This document shows positions 27,762 through 36,702 of a stretch of 64,000 nucleotides of DNA, piece after piece. The DNA is taken from IMG/VR virus record IMGVR_UViG_3300010354_000045, positions 97,494 through 161,493 of that record. One strand, written 5' to 3'. A program made the translations under genes and the position numbers. The stretch is from a virus. Within the stretch, counting starts at the first letter, position 1; each line of letters opens with the position of its first letter. The notes below the pieces were generated by a model, which made no database searches, had not been told where the DNA came from, and was given only the letters and a program-made list of their open reading frames with translations.

Positions 27762-28754
27762 TTAAACTCCGTATTTGTTCTTCTTAGGTTTAGCTACTGG
27801 GCTTGTTTTATTTACGTCGGCTACTTCTTCGCTACGGTTCCCACTCCAGTTTTGTATAGTACCTGCACCAACTTGTTGAGCAGCCTTTTTAACCATCTCA
27901 AATTCTTCTTCTGTATATGATGAAAGTAAAGGGTCTCCGCCAATCCAATTATCAGCTTCCATTTTAGTTGGATAATCAGGAGCGCCTGCTAATGCAATTC
28001 CCATGCGATAATTCATATAAGCAGATCCTGTACTCATATTAAGTCCGGGTAATGTTGATGCATTTCTCATAGCAGCTTTTTGAGTAGGGTCCATAGGTTT
28101 CATCTTGCCCTTAGCTTCTGCTACTGCTGATTTCTTTTTATCAGGATACTTGTTTAAAAAATATGCAACAACGTCAAACACTGGTAATTCTCTACCTTCA
28201 ACTTCTAAAGTAACGCTGGGTTTAATGCCCATATCTTTATAAAATACTTCTCTATTACCAGATTTTGCTGCTGCCCGCAAATTAGTAGCACTAGCTAGTC
28301 TTTCAGTCTTAATCCAGTCAATTTGATTAAACTTGTACATACCATGCGGCTTGTCACTTGCACCATTATACTGTTGTAACGTTTTAATTAACCACTCTTC
28401 GTCTGTGTAGACTTTTAAATGAACATTTGATCCGTGTTCTTCATATATTCTACTAGCAAGTGTTAGTAGACTTTGTTCAGGGATAACATGCCCAGCAACT
28501 TGCGGCCATACTGCTGCCATGCATTGTAATTTAACATCATACGGTAATGGATCTTTAGGTCCACTAGTAGCTTCGTTTGTGCCCACAAACCATATAGGAT
28601 TTTTACTAGCTGCCTTCCATACTTCTCTGTGACCACGATGCGGAGGATTAAATCGGCCAAAACACACGCCAATAGTTTTCAAACTTCCGTCAAACTCTTC
28701 TCCGCCTTCAGGAACTGTTTCATAAATGTTTTCAAAAAGTTCTCTTAATCTCAT
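27762..28754 (-). CDS. HIGH-superfamily nucleotidyltransferase with an extra C-terminal module
   Basis: FGRFNPPHRGH, KDPL and SATNLR; start MRLRELFE at 28754 (ATGA overlap). Confidence 0.8.
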   Translation of the reverse strand: MRLRELFENIYETVPEGGEEFDGSLKTIGVCFGRFNPPHRGHREVWKAASKNPIWFVGTNEATSGPKDPLPYDVKLQCMAAVWPQVAGHVIPEQSLLTLASRIYEEHGSNVHLKVYTDEEWLIKTLQQYNGASDKPHGMYKFNQIDWIKTERLASATNLRAAAKSGNREVFYKDMGIKPSVTLEVEGRELPVFDVVAYFLNKYPDKKKSAVAEAKGKMKPMDPTQKAAMRNASTLPGLNMSTGSAYMNYRMGIALAGAPDYPTKMEADNWIGGDPLLSSYTEEEFEMVKKAAQQVGAGTIQNWSGNRSEEVADVNKTSPVAKPKKNKYGV

Positions 28755-29968
28755 GCTGCTGTTGCTCCTGGGGCCCAAGAAGTGGGGACTATTTTTATAT
28801 TACCATATTTATGATGTTTTTGTGCATAGCGAACATGTCCTTCGCTGTTAGTATCCCATATTTCTTTACGAGGCTGTTGCCTAATACCCGCATCTACCTC
28901 GTCTTTCATGTTTCTAATGCCTTTAATTAAAAAGAATATAGCATCTAGGCCACCGGGGTGTGCTTCAATCATGTTTAATATGTGCTGTTGTTTTTTACCA
29001 CTAACGCCTTTTTCTTTCATCCATTGCAAAAAAGTATTTCCCGAAATACTGTTAAAATCTTGTTTACCAGACGCATGTAAATTACTCATCTGATTAAAGA
29101 ATGGATAAAATATGCCATTCTTATCTGGATCTGGTAAACTAGATAGAAAGTTATCTACAGCAGGTCCGTGTTCATTAACATATGCAATCATTTCGTCAAT
29201 GGGACTAGTATCAATTTCTGGTGCAGTATCTGTATATATAGGACCTTGAACAATTAAACCTGGTGTTTGATTAAATTGACTAAAGTCATCCATAGGCTGT
29301 TGAGCACGATCAGGAGCACCAAAAGTTTCAAAATAAGCATGGCCTACCACCATTACCTGCGCCTGGCCTATTCGTGTTCCAAGTTCGCTAGCAGCATCTA
29401 CATGATAACAGGTGTTTGATTTAGGGTTTGGACAAAAAGTCCATACGCCTTTAGGATATTCTTTAGTTGGATTATCTAATCTTTTAGGATTTGCAGGTTC
29501 AACACCAAATAAATTGTCTGCATATACAAACCCTACAAAATCTTCAGGTGTAGCTGCATCAAATAAAGGATAAAGATTAGCAAAATTTGTTGCAAATTCT
29601 TGACGCTTTTTTGCATCTTCAGGAGTTTTAGGATTGCCACTTTTGTTAGCAATAAAATCGTATACTTCTTGAGGACTAGTGCCTTTAACCCCTCTACTCC
29701 ATTGGTTATGTCCTGCTAGTATAAGCGGTCCGCCCTTTTCTTCTCTGCCCCAATATACTTGAGGATTACCATCCCATTTACGTCTAATAGTTGTCTTACC
29801 TGGTTGTTCTTCTGCTATTTCTTTAAAGTGTCCTAGTGCTTCAAGTGTTCCTCTAGATCCTTTAAAAAATACAAGGTGTTCGGGATGATTGAAAGGTCTA
29901 CCATACCTTTCCATGCTGTCGTCTACGTCAGCATTAGCTTCACGAAAAAATAATTCACGTAGCAGCAC
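28751..29968 (-). CDS. DUF6267-like protein with a ligase-type KxDG motif
   Basis: HPEHLVF...RKWDGNP.VYWG...YADNLF...F.PN...EGHV; paired with the nucleotidyltransferase. Confidence 0.7.
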   Translation of the reverse strand: MLLRELFFREANADVDDSMERYGRPFNHPEHLVFFKGSRGTLEALGHFKEIAEEQPGKTTIRRKWDGNPQVYWGREEKGGPLILAGHNQWSRGVKGTSPQEVYDFIANKSGNPKTPEDAKKRQEFATNFANLYPLFDAATPEDFVGFVYADNLFGVEPANPKRLDNPTKEYPKGVWTFCPNPKSNTCYHVDAASELGTRIGQAQVMVVGHAYFETFGAPDRAQQPMDDFSQFNQTPGLIVQGPIYTDTAPEIDTSPIDEMIAYVNEHGPAVDNFLSSLPDPDKNGIFYPFFNQMSNLHASGKQDFNSISGNTFLQWMKEKGVSGKKQQHILNMIEAHPGGLDAIFFLIKGIRNMKDEVDAGIRQQPRKEIWDTNSEGHVRYAQKHHKYGNIKIVPTSWAPGATAA

Positions 29969-29971
29969 AGT

Positions 29972-30343
29972 TTATTCCTTATATTTGCCTTCTTTAATTT
30001 GTGTGCAAATTTCTTCATGTAACTTTTTACATATCTCGTTGCACACTTCTTCATCTAAGGATCCAGGAAGTTCTCTAATAGGAAATTTTTTGCAATAATG
30101 ATTGTAACTATCTAAAACAGCGGTTTTAAATAGAGTAGGATTTGTTGGTTGTTTTAGATCTATACGATCTTGGCAGCGCATTATAGCTGGGTACAAATTA
30201 CGACGGTAAATATCATCGTCGTTATTCATAAAGTAGACAAGATCTTCAGCTAGATCAAAGTTAATTTCTCTCTTGTCGCCAGAGTGTTTAACGAATTCTA
30301 GATCTTTGAAATTTTTGCCTTCTATTAAGTCAATAATACGCAT
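29972..30343 (-). CDS. Hypothetical phage protein
   Basis: First gene after TAAATA at 30387-30392. Confidence 0.75.
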   Translation of the reverse strand: MRIIDLIEGKNFKDLEFVKHSGDKREINFDLAEDLVYFMNNDDDIYRRNLYPAIMRCQDRIDLKQPTNPTLFKTAVLDSYNHYCKKFPIRELPGSLDEEVCNEICKKLHEEICTQIKEGKYKE

Positions 30344-30386
30344 ATACTGTTTCCTAAGAAAATACTTACTCTAAATGATTATAGAG

Positions 30387-30392
30387 TATTTA
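30387..30392 (-). promoter_or_regulatory. Putative late promoter (GATAAATAC)
   Basis: Recurrent motif in an intergenic region. Confidence 0.6.
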
Positions 30393-30412
30393 TCGCTTTT
30401 GGTATTGCAGTA

Positions 30413-31060
30413 TTATTGTTTTTGCTTGACAATCTGTTCTATTTTAGCTATAGATCCACCTAAATGCATTTTAGCCATCAGAAGATTTTTTTCGCCTTTA
30501 ACATAAAAGTGAGTACCGCCCCAACTTTTATCTTTGCTAAGGCAAGTTTTGCAACTTTTTGTTATTTTTAAATTGTTACTATTTTCTGCCCAATTAATAA
30601 AAGCGTTATGATTTGTAGTAGTTCTACCTAATGTAACTTTATAGTCATAATCTCTTTTAGGCGAAATGATAGTATTTTTATCTAGTACTGTATCTACAGG
30701 CGGTAATGACACATACTTAACTCGATCTTTATCTATAGCTATTAGATTATTAATTTGATTTTGATCGCAAGTATAGACAGTTATATACGGTGATTCTACT
30801 CTAAGCTCGATATTTGTAAAATCTTTTATAACATTGTATAGTTTAAATGCGTAATCTAATTCATTTTGTGTTTTAGTTAAATTCCTATGCCCTATTAACA
30901 ATGATTTGTTATTAGGAGCTATTCTTACTTTTAGTAAATTTTGATAAATTAAATCAAGTTGATTGCCCCTAAAGCTAGAGGCAATTGCTGAAAGTAATAC
31001 TATTTTATAAGGATAAATTCCTCTATAAAGTTTTGTAGTTGTCTTATACAACATTTTCAA
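30413..31060 (-). CDS. Hypothetical basic phage protein
   Basis: 215-aa ORF overlapping the clpA end. Confidence 0.7.
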   Translation of the reverse strand: MKMLYKTTTKLYRGIYPYKIVLLSAIASSFRGNQLDLIYQNLLKVRIAPNNKSLLIGHRNLTKTQNELDYAFKLYNVIKDFTNIELRVESPYITVYTCDQNQINNLIAIDKDRVKYVSLPPVDTVLDKNTIISPKRDYDYKVTLGRTTTNHNAFINWAENSNNLKITKSCKTCLSKDKSWGGTHFYVKGEKNLLMAKMHLGGSIAKIEQIVKQKQ

Positions 31061-33302
31061 TAGCGTCTACAGTAAGTAACGGGACTTTAGTAATTTTAGG
31101 TTTAGCAGTTAATAAAATTTTATTATTATCAACAGATATAGTTACCCAGCCTCCATTTTTTAAATCCCCAAACAACATCATCTTAGCTAGGTCTCTTTTA
31201 ATTTCTTTGTCAATAATTCTAGCTAACGGCCTAGCTCCCATTTTAGGATCAAATCCTTTATCGATTAACCAGTTAATCGCTTCTTTATCGATCTTAATTC
31301 GAACAGCTTTTTCCTTAACTTGTTCTTTTAGTTCGTCGATAAACTTCACAACAACTTTGGCCATTGTTTCTTTGCCAAGTTTATTAAAAGTAATAATACC
31401 ATCTAAGCGGTTACGGAACTCAGGAGTAAAGAATTTGTTAAGTTCTTTGTCGCTATATTCTTTTTGTTGACTACCGAACCCAATGGCATTTTTTTCTGCA
31501 TCTTGTGCGCCTGCATTAGTTGTAAGGATTAAAACTAATTGACGGCAATCTGCACGTTTACCATTTGACCCAGTAACAAAACCATTATCCATCATCTGTA
31601 GCAAAATTGTTGCTACATCAGGATGTGACTTTTCAATTTCGTCAAACAACAGAACAGCATTTGGATTCTCTTGAATCTGTGTAATTAGCAAACCTGCGTT
31701 TTCTTCAAATCCAACATATCCAGGAGGGCTACCAATTAGCTTACTAACACTATGCTTTTCTTGATATTCACTCATATCAAACCGGATAAGTTTAACACCA
31801 AGATTTTTCGCTAGACTTTTTGCAGTTTCAGTTTTTCCACAACCAGTCGGCCCCATAAACACAAAACTACCAATAGGTTTATTTTCTGATTTTAGACCTG
31901 CTTGTGCAACAATGATCTTATCTACAACTTCTTGAATAGCTATGTCTTGTCCGTAAACTTCTGATTGAAGATTTTCTTGGAGTGATGCTAGATTACTACT
32001 TTCTGTTTCCATAATCTTTTCTTCAGGCATCTGAATCATTTTAGCTAGCTCATACTGCACTTCTTGTTCGCCAATAATTTTTTCAGTGCTCAGTTTAAGA
32101 TTAAATCTAGAACAAGCAAGATCAATCAAGTCAATAGCCTTATCAGGTAATTTTTTATCTGTTTGATATTTCACAGACAATTTAATTGCAGCTTGAAGTG
32201 CCTCATCTTTAATCTTAGTACTATGAAACTGCTCATAGTATTTTTTAATACCTTTAAGTATCTGTAATGTAACTTCTTGAGTTGGCTCGTCAACTGTAAT
32301 TCGTTGGAATCGACGCATCAAAGCACGATCCTTTTCGAAATGTTTACGATATTCTTCCCAAGTAGTTGAAGCAATAACCTTAATATTTCCTTTACTTAGT
32401 GCGGGTTTCATCATATTAGCAAGATCGTTAGCGCTATTACCTGCACTACCTGCACCGCTAATCATATGTGCTTCGTCAATAAACAAAATAGTCTTGCCTT
32501 TTTTCTGCAATGCTTTGAGGACAACTTTAAATCTTTCTTCAAAGTCTCCTCGATATTTGCTACCAGCAAGCATAGCACTAATATCTAAATTGTAGACAAC
32601 ATAGTCTTTAAGGAAATCCGGAACAGCACCCTTAACAATATTATAGGCAAGTCCTTCTGCTATAGCAGTCTTACCTACACCTGGATCCCCAACAAGAATA
32701 ACATTATTCTTGCTACGTCTACCTAAAGATAGTGCAATGTTTTCAAGTTCGTCAATACGTCCGATTACAGGATCAATTTTATTTTTCTTAACCTGTTCAT
32801 TTAAATTAGTAGTAAACGCATTTAGAGCTTTGTCGTTTCCAGGATTTGATTCTTCTTCTCCAGTTTCTTCAACTGAATTATTAATATATTCTGCAAATTT
32901 TTCTTTTTGTATATCGGCAGTGGTAATATAATAGTAAGCCCATGATCGTTTTTCGCTCATCATAGCAATAAAAACATCAGTGGGATCAATACGTTGACGA
33001 CCATTAAACAATACCTGTGTAAAAGCTCGATTAAGTACACGCTCTACACTTTGAGTTTTTTTAGGTTTAACTACAACGTCTTCAACAGTAATTTCACTAC
33101 ATTGATTTTGTAAATAGTTAGCTAAATTTTGTTTTAACTCATCGGCATTTGCACCAAATCCTTTAACACAATTGACAAAAGAATCGTCTAACAACATTGA
33201 AAATAATAAATGTTCAATTGTTAGATATTCGTGATGTAATTTTTTCGCCGTATCGATTGCTTTTTCAAATACTGCTTGCAAATTATCGCTAGGTTCAACC
33301 AT
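31044..33302 (-). CDS. clpA: ClpA-type Hsp100 ATPase
   Basis: Clp N-domain HEYLTIEHLL, two Walker A motifs (GDPGVGKT, GPTGCGKT), an IGF loop, and no ClpB M-domain. Confidence 0.93.
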   Translation of the reverse strand: MVEPSDNLQAVFEKAIDTAKKLHHEYLTIEHLLFSMLLDDSFVNCVKGFGANADELKQNLANYLQNQCSEITVEDVVVKPKKTQSVERVLNRAFTQVLFNGRQRIDPTDVFIAMMSEKRSWAYYYITTADIQKEKFAEYINNSVEETGEEESNPGNDKALNAFTTNLNEQVKKNKIDPVIGRIDELENIALSLGRRSKNNVILVGDPGVGKTAIAEGLAYNIVKGAVPDFLKDYVVYNLDISAMLAGSKYRGDFEERFKVVLKALQKKGKTILFIDEAHMISGAGSAGNSANDLANMMKPALSKGNIKVIASTTWEEYRKHFEKDRALMRRFQRITVDEPTQEVTLQILKGIKKYYEQFHSTKIKDEALQAAIKLSVKYQTDKKLPDKAIDLIDLACSRFNLKLSTEKIIGEQEVQYELAKMIQMPEEKIMETESSNLASLQENLQSEVYGQDIAIQEVVDKIIVAQAGLKSENKPIGSFVFMGPTGCGKTETAKSLAKNLGVKLIRFDMSEYQEKHSVSKLIGSPPGYVGFEENAGLLITQIQENPNAVLLFDEIEKSHPDVATILLQMMDNGFVTGSNGKRADCRQLVLILTTNAGAQDAEKNAIGFGSQQKEYSDKELNKFFTPEFRNRLDGIITFNKLGKETMAKVVVKFIDELKEQVKEKAVRIKIDKEAINWLIDKGFDPKMGARPLARIIDKEIKRDLAKMMLFGDLKNGGWVTISVDNNKILLTAKPKITKVPLLTVDAIENVV

Positions 33303-33352
33303 TATGTTTCCTTGTTAAGCTGTTAAAATTATACACGAACTATCAGTATATT

Positions 33353-34198
33353 TTAAAGTTTTTGATTGATCTTTTTTAGTTCTTCAATAATATTTGGATC
33401 TGTTATCTTAGGAGTTTTAATTTCGACAACAGACACAAATCTTCCTCTTTGGTTTGTATTAAGATTAACAAACCCTTGCCCGTTGCTAGCATATTCAACA
33501 CCGGTCTCAACTCCTGGCCTTATATCAATCATCATAGTTTCACCAGTTATAGATTTTACTTGTTTACGACAACCAATAATTGCTTCTATTGGGTTAATGC
33601 TAATTTTAGTATACAAATCGTCTCCGGTTCTGGTAAAATCATTGTCTGGCATTACAAGAACAGTAACATTCAAATTTCCACGAGGCGCATTTGGAAAACT
33701 ATCATCACCTAGGCCCTGGTACCTTATAGTATCACCATGGTTGACGCCAGCAGGAATATTAACAGCAACAGTTTGAAATTTTCCGCTAGGCATTTGATAT
33801 TTTGCTTCCAACTGTTTACCTACATAAGAATCAAACAGACTTATTTGACATTGAATGTTTAAATCTCTATTTCTCCGCATACCACGTGCATGACCAAATA
33901 TATCTCCAAACGGACTATGCCCACCAAAATGAGCATTAAACATATCTTGGAAATGACTAAATCCTCCGTTTCCTGTATTAAAATGGAATTGTGTTCCACC
34001 GAACTGTCTTTGTTGGTCGTATTCGGCTTTTTTTTGAGGATCACTAAGAGTGTCGTAAGCTACACTAATATCCTTGAATTTAGCCTGATCGCCCCCTTTA
34101 TCGGGATGATGTTTGTTGGCTAAACTTCTGTATGCTTTTTTAATTTCGTCTGGGCTAGCTGATTCGCTAACACCTAAAATTGAATAATAGTCAGTCAT
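33353..34198 (-). CDS. DnaJ-class (type II) co-chaperone
   Basis: J-domain with HPD, G/F-rich linker and C-terminal domain; no zinc finger. Confidence 0.92.
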   Translation of the reverse strand: MTDYYSILGVSESASPDEIKKAYRSLANKHHPDKGGDQAKFKDISVAYDTLSDPQKKAEYDQQRQFGGTQFHFNTGNGGFSHFQDMFNAHFGGHSPFGDIFGHARGMRRNRDLNIQCQISLFDSYVGKQLEAKYQMPSGKFQTVAVNIPAGVNHGDTIRYQGLGDDSFPNAPRGNLNVTVLVMPDNDFTRTGDDLYTKISINPIEAIIGCRKQVKSITGETMMIDIRPGVETGVEYASNGQGFVNLNTNQRGRFVSVVEIKTPKITDPNIIEELKKINQKL

Positions 34199-34208
34199 AG
34201 TCGTAATA

Positions 34209-34255
34209 ACAGGTCAAGTAATATAGATAATACTATATTTACATTGACCTGTCAA
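34209..34255 (-). promoter_or_regulatory. Sigma70 plus TAAATA dual promoter inside a long inverted repeat
   Basis: TTGACA-17nt-TATTAT (34227-34255); TAAATA at 34236-34241; ACAGGTCAA/TTGACCTGT arms. Confidence 0.7.
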
Positions 34256-34266
34256 GCGAAAAGAAA

Positions 34267-34470
34267 TTATTTCTTTTCTGGAACTTTTTCACCTTCTACT
34301 TTTTTATGTACTTTAATTTTCTTACATTCTTTAGCAACTGATCCGTCTGCCTTTTTGATTACGTTGCCTTTGCTGTCTTTTTTATCTGTACAAACTTCTT
34401 TCATCTCGCCACCTGCATAGGCTGTTCCAGCCAATGCTAAACTGGTTACTAATGCTAATAAAATTTTCAT
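34267..34470 (-). CDS. Small exported protein with a signal peptide and two Cys
   Basis: MKILLALVTSLALAGTAYA signal sequence; AAGGAG RBS. Confidence 0.8.
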   Translation of the reverse strand: MKILLALVTSLALAGTAYAGGEMKEVCTDKKDSKGNVIKKADGSVAKECKKIKVHKKVEGEKVPEKK

Positions 34471-34480
34471 ATTACACTCC

Positions 34481-35029
34481 TTATAATAATGGTTGTGGTT
34501 CATCTGGCACAACTTTCTTTCCGCTAGCATTAGTAGTTACTCCTGCCGGCGCCCCAAATGATCCTGTATTTGATGGTGCAAATGTAGGTTCTGTTTTTGC
34601 TCCAAAGTTGCCAGATGAGCTTCCAAAGCCACTTCCGCCAGATGTACCTGCTGCTGGTGCACCAAACGAGCTTGATGCTCCGAATCCTCCTGCTGAAGGT
34701 TGGCCAAATGTTGAAGGCTGGCTTGATGCCACTGGTTGTATGCCGCCATTATTTGCTCCGTTTAATTTTTCTTGTGTACGACCCCATGCTGCTAAACCAA
34801 GTACAGCGCCCATAGCGATGTGGAACAGCCCTGCACCTTGTAGTGTTAATGGATTCCATTGCGTGATAGGCACTTTATTAAACGTCTGTAGTAAACTCCA
34901 AAGAATAGGAAATATAACCATGTCCATAGTGCAGACAATCATGTACATCCAACCCATCATTGGACGCCACTTAGAATTCATCCAATCTTCTTTTTTCTTT
35001 TCACTTTCGCTCTTAACTTCTTCAGTCAT
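34481..35029 (-). CDS. Holin (GTA 3TM-holin-like family) with FG-rich tail
   Basis: WRPMMGWMY...LGLAAWGRTQEK pattern; located in the lysis cassette. Confidence 0.75.
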   Translation of the reverse strand: MTEEVKSESEKKKEDWMNSKWRPMMGWMYMIVCTMDMVIFPILWSLLQTFNKVPITQWNPLTLQGAGLFHIAMGAVLGLAAWGRTQEKLNGANNGGIQPVASSQPSTFGQPSAGGFGASSSFGAPAAGTSGGSGFGSSSGNFGAKTEPTFAPSNTGSFGAPAGVTTNASGKKVVPDEPQPLL

Positions 35030-35048
35030 TGTCTGCTCCTAAAACTAA

Positions 35049-35612
35049 TTACCAGAAAAGGAATAATCCGTTAGCCGATAAAACTACCCCAACGGCTGCA
35101 ACTCCAAAGCTTGCCCAAAACATAGGCATGCTTACAGCAAGAATGCTAGCAGATAATACAACAATAGATAATTGATATGCAGTTGAAGCATATCCAATCC
35201 ACGGGCTACCTTTCTTAGCTATATCTCTTTCTAGTTCTAGCTTCTTAGCTTTTTCCATGATTTCTTTTTTGTCAGTTTCCATACGTGCTGCTTCAGCTTC
35301 TAACTTTGCTTTATTTTCAGGTAATTTAGCTTCTAATGCTGCTGTTTCATATAAAACCTGACGTACATTTTTTGCTTGATACCATGCCCATTGGTTATTT
35401 GCAGCAATAGTGTTATTTAAAACGGTACCAGATAATTTTCCGCCGTACCATGCATTTACGGCCAATAATAACGCAAATACAGAAATTACCATGCCTGCTT
35501 TATCTTTAATTTTTGCTTCACGCTCGCTGCGACTACCTACAGGAGGTTTTGGTGCATCTTGATCCTTAGGTTCTTTATTGATTAATTTTAAAATAGAATC
35601 ATGTAACGCCAT
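35049..35612 (-). CDS. DUF4337-like membrane protein
   Basis: Three hydrophobic helices and a WAWYQAKNVR motif. Confidence 0.7.
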   Translation of the reverse strand: MALHDSILKLINKEPKDQDAPKPPVGSRSEREAKIKDKAGMVISVFALLLAVNAWYGGKLSGTVLNNTIAANNQWAWYQAKNVRQVLYETAALEAKLPENKAKLEAEAARMETDKKEIMEKAKKLELERDIAKKGSPWIGYASTAYQLSIVVLSASILAVSMPMFWASFGVAAVGVVLSANGLFLFW

Positions 35613-35635
35613 TGTTTGCCCCTAATATAATACTA

Positions 35636-35923
35636 TTATTTATTGGATTTTTCCATAATTTCTTTATAGGCTAATCGCCTCTCTTCAGACGCTTTAACTT
35701 CTAGCATGAGCTCGTGAGCAACTTTTTGGGCCTTTTCAGCCGCCGCAAGAGCAGATTGGTATTCTTTGTCAGTAGCTTCTGCTGCTCTACGTTTAGCTTC
35801 TATTAGTTCTTTTTCAGCTTTTTCTAAATCACTGATAGCAGAATCCGCATATTTTTTAGCGCCCAAGAATAATCTTTTAAGTCTTTTTGCTGCCGCTTCT
35901 TCTAATTTTCTTATAAAGCTCAT
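35636..35923 (-). CDS. Coiled-coil hypothetical protein
   Basis: Ala/Glu/Lys-rich ORF in the lysis region. Confidence 0.65.
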   Translation of the reverse strand: MSFIRKLEEAAAKRLKRLFLGAKKYADSAISDLEKAEKELIEAKRRAAEATDKEYQSALAAAEKAQKVAHELMLEVKASEERRLAYKEIMEKSNK

Positions 35924-35925
35924 AG

Positions 35926-36201
35926 TTATTTCCCGTCGTGGATTTCTTTCTGTCCTTTATACCATAAAATCCAATCGTCTACTTTAGCTCTACATTCGTG
36001 GTATTGTTTGTAGTTTTCAACTACTACTTCTAACACTCCGCTTAGTTTACTAGTATTTTCTGGAACATTTTTAAGATCAGGACAAGCTTCTAATAATTCT
36101 TGAGTTACTCCTGGCCAGGGCTGTTTAACTGGCGGAGTCTTAGCTACTGAAAAACATCCACTTAATATAACACTTAAAGAAATAATTAGGAGTTTTTTCA
36201 T
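35926..36201 (-). CDS. Outer-membrane spanin (lipoprotein)
   Basis: Lipobox ILSGC, Pro-rich linker and two further Cys; follows the i-spanin. Confidence 0.85.
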   Translation of the reverse strand: MKKLLIISLSVILSGCFSVAKTPPVKQPWPGVTQELLEACPDLKNVPENTSKLSGVLEVVVENYKQYHECRAKVDDWILWYKGQKEIHDGK

Positions 36202-36701
36202 TTTTTAACTCCCAATGGATTTTTAGCAGCATCATTTAAAATGTTAACTGCTTCTTGAGGTACTTCGCATTTAGCGTCAATAATTTCACGTTGAACAACA
36301 ATTTTTTCTTTAACAACATCAACATACTGTGTAATAACTTGTTGTTTCTTTTTTCTTTCTGTTTCTAAATCTCTATTTAATCTATCAGCTTGGGCTGCTT
36401 TTCTATTAGCATCTTCTTGGGCAGTTCTAACACGTTCATTCCACATAGATTGAACTTCAGAAGCTCCAAACATAAAAACTGATAGTAGTGTTATAAGGCC
36501 GAAAACAGGCCTTAAAAATCTTGCGTAAACACCTATGGCAGGAAAATGACTTAATATGCCGTTGGCAAAGTATATTGCTAATGATGCACCAGCCGACGCT
36601 AACCAAACCCAAGGAGGTATACTACTTAATACAGTATCAATAATACTAGCAAAAGATGGTAGACTGCCAAACATTAGGCTAGTTAACCAATCAAATCCCA
36701 C
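36198..36701 (-). CDS. Inner-membrane spanin
   Basis: N-terminal TM helices, periplasmic coiled coil and C-terminal C.VP...LN.AA. Confidence 0.8.
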   Translation of the reverse strand: MGFDWLTSLMFGSLPSFASIIDTVLSSIPPWVWLASAGASLAIYFANGILSHFPAIGVYARFLRPVFGLITLLSVFMFGASEVQSMWNERVRTAQEDANRKAAQADRLNRDLETERKKKQQVITQYVDVVKEKIVVQREIIDAKCEVPQEAVNILNDAAKNPLGVKK

Positions 36702-36702
36702 T

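Noticed and set aside
27762-28754. NAD+ reconstitution pathway based on the nucleotidyltransferase
   Set aside because: No Nampt, Namat or PRPP-synthetase-like partner is in the window, and the substrate cannot be assigned from the HIGH motif alone.
34209-34255. CIRCE heat-shock operator before dnaJ
   Set aside because: The inverted repeat does not match TTAGCACTC-N9-GAGTGCTAA.
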